A program made the translations under genes and the position numbers. A DNA stretch of 64,000 bases, from contig NIVC01001046.1 of the NCBI GenBank assembly GCA_002269645.1, forward strand, positions 310,705 to 374,704. The letters run 5' to 3'. This stretch comes from Macrostomum lignano. Lineage: Eukaryota. The notes under the pieces are model-generated. The model saw only the letters and a program-made list of their open reading frames with translations. It had not been told where the DNA came from and made no database searches. Below, piece by piece: positions 27,569 to 40,100 of this stretch. How positions within the stretch are numbered: position 1 is the first letter of the stretch; each line of letters opens with the position of its first letter.

Positions 27569-30500
27569 ATGACGGGCCCACACGAAGAAGACAGCGGCGG
27601 ATTAGTCATGAGGCCGGCCAATTCCGACGCCATTCTGCCGACGCCGCCGCCGCCGCTGCCTCAGTCGAAACTGACGACTGCCGGAGACAAAGCGATGGAA
27701 GAAGCCGATGGAAGGAAGGTGCTGACGTCTCCTTACCTGGCGGAGGCTTGCTGCTCAAGGCTGCTCAATCAGTTCTCTGGCAGACTGGGCCTCTTTGTTG
27801 CCGGCCGGCCTAGGAACTATGCCTTCAGAGCTAACAGAAACGCGTGAGCTGAGACTTTTTAGATGCTCATGAGACTTATTGGCTCTGTCCTGCTCTATCC
27901 CGATCCTTAAGTGAGCACTGCTACCCTCCCAGATTCTTTAGTGAGCACTGCTACCCTCCCAGATTCTTTAGTGAGCACTGCTACCCTTTCCAATTCTTCA
28001 GTGAGCACTGCTACCCTCTCCTAAACCTTCAGTGAGCACTGCTAACCTCTCCTAAACCTTCAGTGAGCACTGCTACCCTCTCCTAAACCTTCAGTGAGCA
28101 CTGCTAACCTCTCCTAAACCTTCAGTGAGCACTGCTACCCTCTCCTAAACCTTCAGTGAGCACTGCTACCCTCTCCTAAACCTTCAGTGAGCACTGCTAC
28201 CCTCTCCTAACCTTCAGTGAGCACTGCTAACCTCTCCTAAACCTTCAGTGAGCACTGCTAACCTCTCCTAAACCTTCAGTGAGCACTGCTACCCTCTCCT
28301 AAACCTTCAGTGAGCACTGCTACCCTCTCCTAACCTTCAGTGAGCACTGCTAACCTCTCCTAAACCTTCAGTGAGCACTGCTACCCTCTCCTAAACCTTC
28401 AGTGAGCACTGCTACCCTCTCCTAAACCTTCAGTGAGCACTGCTACCCTCTCCTAAACCTTCAGTGAGCACTGCTACCCTCTCCTAAACCTTCAGTGAGC
28501 ACTGCTAACCTCTCCTAAACCTTCAGTGAGCACTGCTACCCTCTCCTAAACCTTCAGTGAGCACTGCTACCCTCTCCTAAACCTTCAGTGAGCACTGCTA
28601 CCCTCTCCTAAACCTTCAGTGAGCACTGCTACCCTCTCCTATCCTTCAGTGAGCAGCAGGATTCTCCAACGTCAAATTGTATTTCCAGAATAATGGAAAC
28701 AGTCAGCCACCTTGGCTACCGAGTCCTTGACTACAGTTCCCTGCGCGAGAATCTGCAGCTTCAGTTAGACAATGGGGATTTAGAGAAAACTGAGGCCGCT
28801 GCAACTGAGACTGAGGCCGCTGCAACTGAGGCCGCTGCAACTGAGGCGGCGGCAGAGGCGGCAGCGGCAAGTTTGGCTAGCAAAATTTCCTCACTGCCTG
28901 AGACCACATTAAGTCTGGTGTTTCTGAAGCCGCAGAAACTCGACTGGAACTGTCTTGGTAAAAAAAGCTGATTGAGTGAGATATCAATTGCCATGATGAG
29001 TTAAGCAGTGGTTTTGAACAGATCAGCGAGCCGCCCATTAAAGGACCCGGGAAGCGAAAGATCTAAGAAATTGGGGAGCTATCTCAAAGGGTTTGCCAAG
29101 AAATGACCCGTTGTCAGTATAATCAATAATAAATGTAAGTACAAACGCTTACCCACAGGCAACTGTTTAATATTCGAGCCGTACCACCAGCCCAGCCTGT
29201 TCGCCTCGGACAAATGGAACATGGCCAGAATTCTCAGCCGAAAGGCCGGCCAATCCGGCCTGAAATTCTTTGACGCCTCTGGGGCCGAATTCAATTATCG
29301 CCGGTTCACGATGTACACAGCCAATCCCGGCCTGGGGGGTAGGCAGCAGCTGATAAGGCATCTTGGTGAGCGCGAAGAAAGAGGGTCGGGGGTTGGGGTT
29401 TGGCAGGATGAGATAAGAGTGGTGTACATTTACGGCGTTCGTAGATGAATAAGGCATCTTGGTGAGCGCGGAGGAAGGGGGATTGGGGTTGGGGGTTTGA
29501 CGTGCTGAGAGAGAGGGAGAGAGGGTTGTGTACATTTGCGGCGTACATTAGATGGATAAGGCATCTTGGTGAGCGCGGAGGAAGGGGGATGGGGTTGGGG
29601 CCTGGGGTTTGACGTCCTGAGAGAGAGGGTTGTGTACATTTGCTGCGTAGATGCACATTCTCGTCCCCACGAGAAAGTTTGTGGCAGCCAATAAGCGATC
29701 AGGAGTTAAATCCTATCTAGGACTGCGTTTATAGTTTGTTTATACATCAATGAAGTAATTTAAATAGCATGCACTTTGGCGGAATACGTTTGACCCACAA
29801 GGGCCAGCCCCAAGGCACAGAGAGTGTACGCTGTACACCTTGTGTGAGCGTGTGTATGAGCGCATGACTGGAATCGCCGACTTCTGTGTTAGCTCGTACT
29901 TTGTTTGAGAAGTCTCAATGCTAATACTGAGGTTTTGATTTATTTCAGACGCAAACCCAGGAGTCTACGTACTCAAAAGGACCAAGTAAGAGCTGACTTG
30001 TTTAATTAGTTGCTTTGCTTACCTGCTGCTATACTCTCTTTTGATGCTAACTCTTTGTTGGGAGTAATTATATAACATTTTTATCTGCCAACAGTCTATC
30101 CATTTAGCTTTGATGACAGCAACATCTCTTAGAAATTCTAACATCAAACACATCTGTCAATCTTGCTGATTGTGAGTATATACGAGGGTAACTAGTAAGT
30201 AGCTAGTAGATAGTAACTAGTAGATAGTACTAGTAGATATAGCAGCTAGTAGATAGAAGTTTTAAATTCAAATCGGAATATGAGTAAATGCTAAAAATAC
30301 TCGTAGAATCTGAGTTATGAGTATATAATTTGTTAAATCCAATGAGAATGACATGCTTGAAGGTGACAAATCTGCGAGGTGAGATGGGACGGGATGAGCC
30401 GAGGTGACAAAGTGAGGTGAGGTGAGGTGAGATGAGATGAGATGAGATGGGATGAGCTGAGCTGAGCTGAGGTTAGGTTAGGTTAGGTTAGGTGATGTGA

Positions 30501-31941
30501 GGAGAGGTGTGGGGAGGGAGATGAGGTGAGATGAGATAAGGTGAAATGAGGGAGATGAAATGAGATGAGGTGCAGTGAGGTGGATGAGATGGGAGATGAG
30601 ATGAAGTGAGGTGAGATGAGATGAGGTGAGATGGGGGAGATGAGATGAGATGAGATTCTGTCAGTCACTGAAATGTAAGCCAAGCTCTGGCAAGCGGGGC
30701 CAAACCCGCAGTTCATCGCAGGGCATCGGCATCCACATGTACCGGGCCCAGCAGCCCAACAGCATCGATCTTCTCCAGCGCTGCATCGGTCAAAAAGCTC
30801 GCCTTCAACGCTACGTACTGCAAAAGTACATCGAGCGTCCTCTGCTAGTTGATAAGAGAAAATTCGATCTGCGAGTCTACCTGCTGGTGCTGAGCTGCTC
30901 CTGTCCCGGCCGGCCAGGCGACCGCGGCTACTTCGCCTTCTGCCATCCCGGCTACGTGAAGGTCAGCAGCCGGGCCTACGCTGGCGACAGCCGCGACCCT
31001 CGCGTTCACTTCACCAACCAGTGGGTGCAGCGGCGCGGCGGCCGGCAGTACGAGTGCGTCAAGGAGGCGACAACCTGGCTGCCGGACGAGCTCGACGCCT
31101 ACTTGGAGCGACGGCGACGGAATGGCAACGGGCCGGCTGTGCCCGAAGGCTGGTGCCGGCAGAAGCTTTACAGACAGGTCGGTCAGCATTGTTGCAAGCC
31201 GAATTGGAATGCTGAGAGGAGATAGGAGAAAGTAGAGAGTAGGGAGTAGAGAGGAGAGTGGAGAGAGGAGAGAGAAGAGAGTAGAAAAGTAGAGAGGAGA
31301 GAGGAGAAAGGAGAGATTAGAAAGGAGAGAGTAGCGAGTATAGAGTAGAAAGGAGAAAGGAGAGAGAAAAGAGGAGAGATTGGAGAGTGAGAACGGAGAG
31401 AGAGAGAGAGGAAAGGGACAGCGGAGAGAGAAAGAAGATAAGAGATCGGGGCGCATGGATGGACAGGCCATTGTGCAATTGTAAGCCGAAAATTCCTAGA
31501 AACATCCAACCAAAATATTTATTTAAAGCAGCCTAATTTCAAAATATTATACAAATAAAATGCTAATGAAATAGCCGGATTCCCCTCAAGGTGGCGGCCA
31601 TCGCAGGCTACCTGGCCTGGTCCTGCCGGCCCTACCTGGCCAGCCGCAGGCCCGGCTGCGTGTTTCGAATCTACGGGCCCGACCTCATTGTTGACGAGGA
31701 TCTGCGAGTGAGCCTGCTAGAATTCAACTGCTTCCCCTGCTACGCCAAGAATACGATGGCTCTGTCTACTAGCCTCGGCTCGATGTGGCGCGAGGCCGTT
31801 GCCATAGCAACCGAAGCCTCGCTGCGCTACCGCGACGGTCTGCCGGTGGCGGCGCCGACAACGGCTAGAAATTTTTGCCAGGTGTTCAGCTCGCAGAATC
31901 CTGCCGTACTGGGGAAATTGATTAGCAGCTGTTTTCCCTGA
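27569..31941 (+). CDS. TTLL10: Tubulin-tyrosine-ligase-like protein, TTLL10 (polyglycylase)-like; exons 27569-27843, 28689-28957, 29159-29338, 29949-29985, 30712-31177, 31591-31941
   Basis: YVLKRTNSSQGIGIH..YVLQKYIERPLLVDKRKFDLRVYLL..HFTNQWVQRR..YGPDLIVDEDLRVSLLEFN is the TTL ATP-grasp core. GY-x-K..HxTNQ-x-x-Q..TxW spacing is closest to recalled TTLL10. All five junctions are phase-compatible GT-AG. The start codon is tentative. Confidence 0.75.
27905..28652. repeat. 31-bp minisatellite filling TTLL10 intron 1
   Basis: Unit ccttcagtgagcactgctaccctctcctaaa, >20 copies. Confidence 0.95.
29350..29645. repeat. Diverged ~70-bp tandem repeat in TTLL10 intron 3
   Basis: Recurring ataaggcatcttggtgagcgcg..ggggttgggg..gtgtacattt. 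Confidence 0.8.
29790..29880 (+). mobile_element. Fragment of SINE family A body
   Basis: ggccagccccaaggcacagagagtgtac..ctgtacac..tgtgtgag..gtgtgtatga matches the internal part of copies 1-3. Confidence 0.55.
30370..30655. repeat. (GAGAT/GAGGT)n low-complexity repeat, TTLL10 intron 4
   Basis: Directly visible. Confidence 0.9.
31215..31445. repeat. Purine-rich low-complexity tract, TTLL10 intron 5
   Basis: Directly visible AG-rich run. Confidence 0.85.
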
Positions 31942-32049
31942 GCTCAGGTGCATGCGGGCGAAGGAATTACAGTGTTTGTCGGAATTTGCTGCGATTTTGG
32001 GACAGAGAGGAGTCACGAAATACGTGGGACAGAAGGCCAAAAACATCTA

Positions 32050-32370
32050 GGAAAGAGGGCCATAAACACCCGGGCAGAGGGTCATAAACACCAGTGACAG
32101 ACGGCTATAAACACCCGGGACAGACGGCCATAAACACCCGGGACAGACGGTCATAAACACCTGGGACAAAGGGCCATAAACACCAGTGACAGACGGCTAT
32201 AAACACCCGGGACAGACGGCCATAAACACCCGGTAAAGAGGGCCATAAACACTCTGAACAGAGGGCCATAAACACAAAATTCGTACGAGCGTAAGGTCAT
32301 AAACACCTGGGACAGAGGGCTATAAACACCCGGGACAGACGGCTATAAACACCTTGGACAGGGGAGAATA
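32050..32370. repeat. ~21-bp minisatellite downstream of TTLL10
   Basis: ggccataaacacccgggacagac variants. Confidence 0.9.
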
Positions 32371-32952
32371 CATGAAGTAGACGGTTATGAACACCAGATG
32401 CAGTGTAATAAGCACACGCAGCTAAAAACGGTCACGAGCATCGGAGCATGGATTCTCAAATGTCTGAAGCGGAGGAACACAAAACAGCTGTCATAGCAAA
32501 TAAAATTTCTAGACTCAAACAGATCCCAAACCAATTAAAATCGCAGACGGTACCGGCAATAAAAAAGCAATGGCAGACGTATCGCTTCTTAACTCCATTT
32601 TGTTCATCATCTTTAAATTTTTCCAGTCGCGCAACTTTGCTTCTTTTGTAATTTGCCGCAATTGAAAAGCAACGATTTAAATAAAAAAGACGACATGCTT
32701 TGGAAATTTCGGATAAAATTGATTTTGCCTTCGTAATTTCTCAATTCTAAATGGTATTAAACCGTTGGTCATGACACTCCGGATCCTGATAAAATTGTCT
32801 GCGACTGCGCCAGCCGAGACACCCATTGTTTGGCCATAGACATTCTAAGTCACTACACAGAGCACAGATTCTACTTCGTATACACCCCTAGATGGGCCAC
32901 TCCAGCCGCCTGGCTGCAGCGCAAAAACACCCGGGTTAAGACCATAGACTAT

Positions 32953-33146
32953 GGGCCGTATGCAGAAAGCTCTGTCTAGGGTAGTCCGGTCTTGAAAAGC
33001 TAGTCTGGACTTGGATTTGGTATGCAGAAACACAAAGTTAGACCGGTCTACTATAGACAGAACTAAGGTAGCTAGACCATAGACTATAGAATGAACTACC
33101 CAAGTCCGGACTAGCTAGTCTGGACTAAGCTTTCTGCATACGGCCC
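32953..33146. mobile_element. 194-bp MITE, PIF/Harbinger (Tourist)-like
   Basis: Perfect 19-bp TIRs GGGCCGTATGCAGAAAGCT / AGCTTTCTGCATACGGCCC and 3-bp TSD TAT. The superfamily is inferred from GGGCC ends plus a 3-bp TSD. Confidence 0.8.
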
Positions 33147-33520
33147 TATAGCTTCTGCTGCTCTCAAGCATTAGCAGCAGCAGCTGGTGTCTGTGGTCCT
33201 AATATCGGGGTTCAGACCATAGACTATAGCTTCTGCTGGTCTCAAGCATTAGCAGCAGCAGCTGGTGTCTGTGGTCCTAATATCGGGGTTCAGACCATAG
33301 ACTATAGCTTCTGCTGCTCTCAAGCATTAGCAGCAGCAGCTGGTGTCTGTGGTCCTAATATCGGGGTTCAGACCATAGACTATAGCTTCTGCTGCTCTCA
33401 AACATTAGCAGCAGCAGCTGGTGTCTGTGGCCCTAACCCTGGGGTTCAGACCATAGACTATAGCTTCTGCTGCTCTCAAGCATTAGCAGCAGCAGCTGGT
33501 GTCTGTGGCCCTAACCCCGG
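33147..33520. repeat. 78-bp tandem repeat (~4.7 copies) containing CCATAGACTAT
   Basis: Unit agcttctgctgctctcaagcattagcagcagcagctggtgtctgtggtcctaatatcggggttcagaccatagactat. Confidence 0.93.
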
Positions 33521-34582
33521 GGATTTCGGGATCTCGGAGACGGCCGCTAAATACAGTAGCGGATGTTGGAGTGACACATCTTAGTAATATAGAATCCGTG
33601 ACTCAGAGCTTGTAACTTTTGTCGTTAGATTTACAAATTAGTCTATGAAACGAAACTCCGTAGCACTATATGAAACTTTTTTTTACTTTTCGCTTCCCAC
33701 TATTTACCAGTAACTTGTACCAGGTAGCATCTATGAAACACCCCCTCCCCGGCAGGCAACAGGAAAATGAGTTCATAGAGGGAGTGGCGCAGGTTCAGAC
33801 AAAGCAGCAATTAGTTTTGTTGTCTTGGAAAATCGCCGGTCTCTTTAGACAGGAAAAAGCCATTGTTAAGTAGTAATTGTTGCTTTTGAGTTGTACAGCA
33901 GCAGGCTAATTAGTGGCAATTAGGGTATTAGCAAAGCTAAGCTGTGTAATTTCGTATTTTGCATTCGACTGCAGTCAGAGCCTAGAAAGTTTTGTACAAA
34001 GCGAATCTCATTAAAGCTAAACGAGCATTTAATTTAGGGTTTCAGCTTTGCCGAGGCACTTAGCCGGTTGCTAGGGGAAGTCTGCCTATGCAGTGTCAGC
34101 TCTTATCAGCTTCAATCCGCGTAGCTTCCAAAAATCGCAGGTATAGCCGCGTGCCCTATGACGTCACTTGCCTAATATGGCAAGTTTTTTATTTCAATCA
34201 ATATTTTTACATACAAGACAAAGCGACTCGATAAGTAAATTAATATTTATTGTTTACATCTATGTTAATTACTTCAGGCAAGCCTGCTGCCCGCAGATAA
34301 AACATGCTATCAATGTATTTTTAACATCAATTACAAAAACTGCTACATGCTGTTTAACAAACCCTGACACACGGTGAAATATAACAAAATTTGAGTATAA
34401 AAAAATACATTTAAAAAACAAATTACAATGCTTTTATTTAAAATGAGCACAGCCATCTGTACGCTAACAAACGTACTGTAAGGTCCCGAGTTCGATTCCC
34501 CGGCCATGGACTTTTCTAAATTCTGTCAGTATCTCGTGCGATTTTCGCGAACCAGCAAAAAGGCAGCACTCATTCGAAAGTG

Positions 34583-36890
34583 TCACCGCAGCGCCGACTC
34601 AGCCAGGTCCTGGGCCACCTGGTTGAACGCCGACGTCAGCTGGCGAACCTTCGCCTCCAGCCGCTGCTTCTGCGCCTCCGTGTCCTTCAGCAGCTGCCGC
34701 ATCTCCTCCTCGACTTCGGCAACTCGACTGTCGGCGTCTGACCGCGCCTTGGTGAGCTGGCGCTCCAGCTGCTCCACCTGGCGCCGGTGCCCCGTCTGCT
34801 GGGCGTCCAGCTGAGCCCTGAAGGCGTCGTCAGCTGTCCGCAGCTGCTCGGTGGCGGCGGTCGCCGCGGCCGCCGATTTGTCCCGTTCGGCGCGCAGTTC
34901 AGCCTCGCGTCGTTCGAATTCCGAGCGCAGCTGCTCAACCTGCGCCTCCATGCGGCTGATTTGGTCGGATTTGTCCCGCCATCGGCTCGTGAGCTGCGCA
35001 GCGTTGCGCTCAGCCCGCTGGCACCGGTCGGTGAGCTCCTCAACCTGCTGCTTCAGCTCGTCCTTGCGCTCAGTTAGCGCCTTCACCTGGTCCTGGGGTA
35101 GGGGCGGAGGCAGGGCTCCCATTATCATTATCCCATTGCTCTCCAATCCCAATGTACATTATCCCATTTCTTCCAAATCCCAATGTCCCATTATCCCATT
35201 TCTTCCCAATCAAGATTATCCCATTTCTCCCCAATCCCAATGTACATTATACCATTTCTTCCCAATCAAGATTATCCCATTTCTTGCTAATACCAATGTA
35301 CATTATCTCATTTCTTCCCAATTCGAATGTACATTATCCCATTTCTTCCTAATCCCAATGTACATTATCCCATTTCTCCCCAATCCCAATTTACATTATC
35401 CCATTTCTTCCAAATCCCTATTTTCATCATCATATTTCTCCCAATCCCAATGTTCATTATCCCATTTCTTGCCAATCCCAATGTACATTATCCCATTTTT
35501 TCCCAATTCCAGTGTACATTATCCCCTCTCAAGGCTGCGATCTCTCACCTCGGCATCCCGCCGGCTCTCGGTCTCCAACTGCAGCTGCTCCTCCAGCTGG
35601 CGCGTCCTCTCAATGCCCTCCTCTTGGACCCGTTTCACTGCGGCGTCCTTCTCAGCCAGGCTGTCCTTCAATTTCCGGACAGTGTCCAGCAGGTCCTCGG
35701 CCACTTTAGTCTTGATCCGCAGCGCGTCAGTCTCCTGCTCCAGCTGGCGCTTCAACGAGGCCACCTCGGACTGGAGCAGCTCCACCCGGCTCTCCAGCCG
35801 CCCCCTGTCCTGAGCCAGCGCGCTGCCCTGCTGCGCCAACTCGTCCGCCCACAGGCGTTTCTCAGCTCGGAGGCCCTCGATGAGGGAGTCTTGAGCAGCC
35901 AGTTGAGCTGTGAGCCGCTTGTTCTCCTTGCGCAGCGACTCCATGTCCGTCAGGCGGCGCCTGGCATCCTCCAGCTGCTCCTCCTGCTTCTGGTCCCGAG
36001 CCTGCCAGGTGCGAGAGTAGAGAGAACTGGGGTGAGATTATTGGGCTAGAATGGTGAGATTTAGGGAGTAGATAGTGAGATAGAGATAAAGTAGATGGAG
36101 ATAGAGAGAGTAGATGGTGAAATGGAGTAGGTAGTAGGAAAGAGAGAGAGAAAGGGAGAGAGAGATAGAGTAGACGGTGAAATTGAAGGATAAGATAGTG
36201 AGATAGACGGAGTAGATGATGGGGGTAGAATGATTAGACGGTGAGATAGAGGGAGTAGACAGTGAGAAAGAGAGAGTAGACTGTGAGATAAAGAGAATAG
36301 ACGGTGAGATCAAGAGATTAGACAGTGAGATCAAGAGAGTAGACAGTGAGATCAAGAGATTAGACAGTGAGATCAAGAGAGTAGACAGTGAGATTTAGTG
36401 AGACTTGAGTAAGAGACGTAACTCAGCAGCAATCTTAACAATCTTCTAAAACACGAAATGAGCCTCGCCTTCTGAGCCTTGATCTCCTCCTGTCGGGTTT
36501 TAGCCGCAGTCTCCAGTTTGATTTTCTGCTCCTTGGCCAGCTGAAATTTGAAGTTAAAAACAATCAGTTTAGGCTAAAATCTGAGACACGGAGAAATAAT
36601 TCAAATGGTAGAGGTGAGCGCACTGGAGACCAAAACAGGACAGCGGAGGGTCGACGGTAAATGGGAGGTTTAAGGATGAATCACGGGGCGCGAACGCAGC
36701 GTTAAGCAGAGGGCGGTTATTAAGAGTGTGGCCTGGATTCTTCTTCTGGACCTCTCATTTAGCGTCAGGAAATTTTAATTACGGGTGCCTGACATCAGGT
36801 CGATGGCCGAGAAATGAACAACCTGTGCCCGCTTTGAGCTGCGCTGTTCTTGGAAGGGAATCGGATACAGTAGAGACGGGACCGATGCGC

Positions 36891-36955
<65 letters not shown>

Positions 36956-36966
36956 GACAGTCAGGC

Positions 36967-37041
<75 letters not shown>

Positions 37042-37060
37042 TAGACAGAGACAGTCAGGC

Positions 37061-37153
<93 letters not shown>

Positions 37154-40100
37154 GACAGTCACGCAGACAGGCAGACAGACAGACAGACAGACGGACAGTC
37201 AGGCAGAAAGACAGACAGACTAACAGACAGACAAAACAGACCTGCGACAGCTCAGCCAGCAGCTTCTCCCGCTCGGCCTCGCGGCCCCTGGCAGCCTGGT
37301 ACAATTCGCGCAGTCCGGCCGCCTCCTCGGTCGCCTCTGCCGCCTGCCGCTTCAGCTGCTCCTCAGACTGCGCCTGCAGCCGCAGCGCCAGCCGGAACTC
37401 ATCCTCCAGCGCGCGGTACCGCTCGCCGGCCTCCGCCAGCCGTTCCTCGAGTCGGCGAATCGCCTGAGCCGCACATCGCCTCTCCCTGTCAGCCTCCTTA
37501 GCAACCAGAGATTCGAGCTCGGGACTGCCCATCCGGTAGCAGCCGGCCAGCTGGCGCTGGAAGTCCCGCTCCCGTTCCGCTAGCAGGTGCTCCGCCTGGC
37601 GCAGCGACTCCCCCAGGCGCTCCGCTTGGTCGCGCTGCGTCGCTGCTTCTACCTCGGCACGGGCGGCGCGCTTCTCGGCTTCGGCCGCCGACTGGGCGCG
37701 CCGACGCTCCTCACCGCTGGCGGCGCGGCGCAGGCGCTCCAAGCCGGCGCGCATCTCCTCGACGCGGCGCTCGGCCTCGACGCGCGCCGATTCCGCTGCG
37801 GCGCCGTCGGCCTCCGCTTTGGCGGCGCGAGCCTCAGCCGATTCGCGCATCTCGCGCTCGTCTGCCGCGGTCGACTTCAGCTTCTCGGCGGCGTCGACGG
37901 CGGCGGCGCGAACGGCGGCGTCTTCGCGGCTCTGCGCCTGCAGCAGCTGGGCGTGCTCGGCGAGCCGGCGGCAGGCCGCTTCGCTTTTCCAGCGCCGCTC
38001 GCGTTCGAGGTCGAGCTCGCGAAGCAGCTCCTGGGTTGGTGGGAGGCGGGGGTTCGAGCGTTAGGATTTCTCCTGTTTGGGGATTCGGGCTTGAGGATTT
38101 CTCCTGTTTGGGGATTCGGGCTTGAGGATTTCTCCTGTTTGGGGATTCGAGTTTGAGGATTTCTCCTGTTTGGGAATTTGAGTTTGAGGATTTCTCCTGT
38201 TTGGGAATTTAAGTTTGAGGATTTCTCCTGTTTGGGGATTCGAGTTTGAGGATTTCTACCGTTTGGGGATTCGAGTTTGAGGATTTCTACCGTTTGGGGA
38301 TTCGAGTTTGAGGATTTCTCCTGTTTGGGGATTCGCGTTTGATGATTTCTCCTGTTTGGGGATTCGAGTTTGAGGATTTCTCCTGTTTGGGGATTCGAGC
38401 TCTGGGATTTCTTAGGTTCAAAGATAAAAGAGATTACTAGTGAAAAAAAGGCGAGGCTGTGGGATTTAGTATGCAGCTGTGATGATGGGGCAGCTGTAAT
38501 GATGGGGCAGTTGTGATGCTGGGGCAGCTGTGATGCTAGGGCAGATGTGATGATGGGGCAGATGTGATGATGGGGCAGTTGTGATGCTGGGGCAGCTGTG
38601 ATGCTAGGGCAGTTGTGATGCTGGGGCAGTTGTGATGCTGGGGCAGTTGTGATGCTGGGACAATGAACAAAGGATAGAAAAGCCATCGGAATAACCGGAG
38701 GCGATAAGAGCGCGAGCCAGCGGAATCCGGGGGGGGGCTCAGGTGTGAGTAATTACCGAGCACTCAAAGCCACAGGTGCGCGGGTTGCTAACGGAGGCTA
38801 ATTCCGTCATCCCAGTAAGCCCGTATGCTTCTGTTTGGCCACAAAGGGTCCCTAAAATACACATCGGCTGGGAATTGAATCAGGAAGGGCGCGGACGAGG
38901 ATTCGGCTTCTCTCTAAAAATCCCCAATTAATTAACCGAAGCCAGAATTAGAGGGACGCAATTGACGGTTTTTGTCTAATTGGGAAAGAGCATAGAGTGA
39001 GGTCTGCGAATTTATTCAAAGTAGATATGGGGATAAATTTCATTCTCAGTTAATACGGTTAAACTGCAGTCTTGAAAAGGTCCGAAGCTACCTGTATTCG
39101 GGTGAGAAATTGCGTGATGGGAAGTGATCTCGTTTGGCACGTCTCGGCGTCTCTGCCTTCATGAGTCTACCTCTCTAACTAACCTTCCCTTGCCTACTTC
39201 TCTGACTACTTATTCCTATCAATTTCTCTGACTACCCATTCCAGTCTACTTCTCTGACTACCCCTTCCAGTCTACTTCTCTGACTAGCCCTTCCAGTCTA
39301 CTTCTCTGACTAACTCACACTTCCTACTTCTCTGGTTACTTCTACGTGTCTACTTCTCTGACTTACCCCTTGCTATCTACTTCTCTGAATAACTCTACCT
39401 GTTTACTTCTCGTCCTCTGTCTGTCTACACTTCTCTGACTACTCTTTTCTGCCTACTTCTCTGACTACCTTTCCTTATCTACGGCTCGCACTTCCAACTA
39501 CCTCCCTTGTCTGCTTCTTTGATTAATTCTACTTTTCTATTTCTCTGACTATCTATCAAGACTACCTTTTTGACTACTTCTCCCTATCTACCTCTCCTTA
39601 CCCACCTCTGTCTACCCTTAATCTATTAAAAGGACAACTGAAGAAATCATTTTTCCGATATCAGGTAACAAACGAGCTTGGAATTGAAGCAGATATTCTA
39701 AAAATATTCTAACAAAAGACCAATCGACGAAACTTTGAAACTTTTGTTCAACTTATCCACTCGAAAATAAAAGGGATAAGCTAAGCAAGCTGAGTGAGTG
39801 GCCCCCTAGTAGCTGAAAGCAACAATCATTGCCCTTGTTCTATAGAATGCGGCACAATAGCCACTGCGCAAGTGAATTCGACACGTCAAACAATAGATAA
39901 TTTACGCTGCCTTTGTCTGCGTAAAAGCCTGCGTCTAAAAATAAAACACAACTGCCATTCTCTACTGTGTGTAGCATGTGTGTGCCAGTCATTCCTTGTG
40001 TCTCACTATCCATGTGTGTGTGCCAGTCATTCCTTGTGTCTCACTATCCATGTGTGTGTGTGTGCCAGTCATTCCTTGTGTCTCACTATCCATGTGTGTG

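Noticed and set aside
33147-33520. CRISPR-like appearance of the 78-bp and 31-bp arrays
   Set aside because: Contiguous tandem units with no unique spacers, no cas genes, and a eukaryotic context.
33430-33520. CCCTAACCC telomere-like words
   Set aside because: Single occurrences within repeat units, not an array.
34506-38156. Plus-strand ORFs rich in S/R/A/L
   Set aside because: Antisense shadows of GC-rich LRRCC1 coiled-coil exons.
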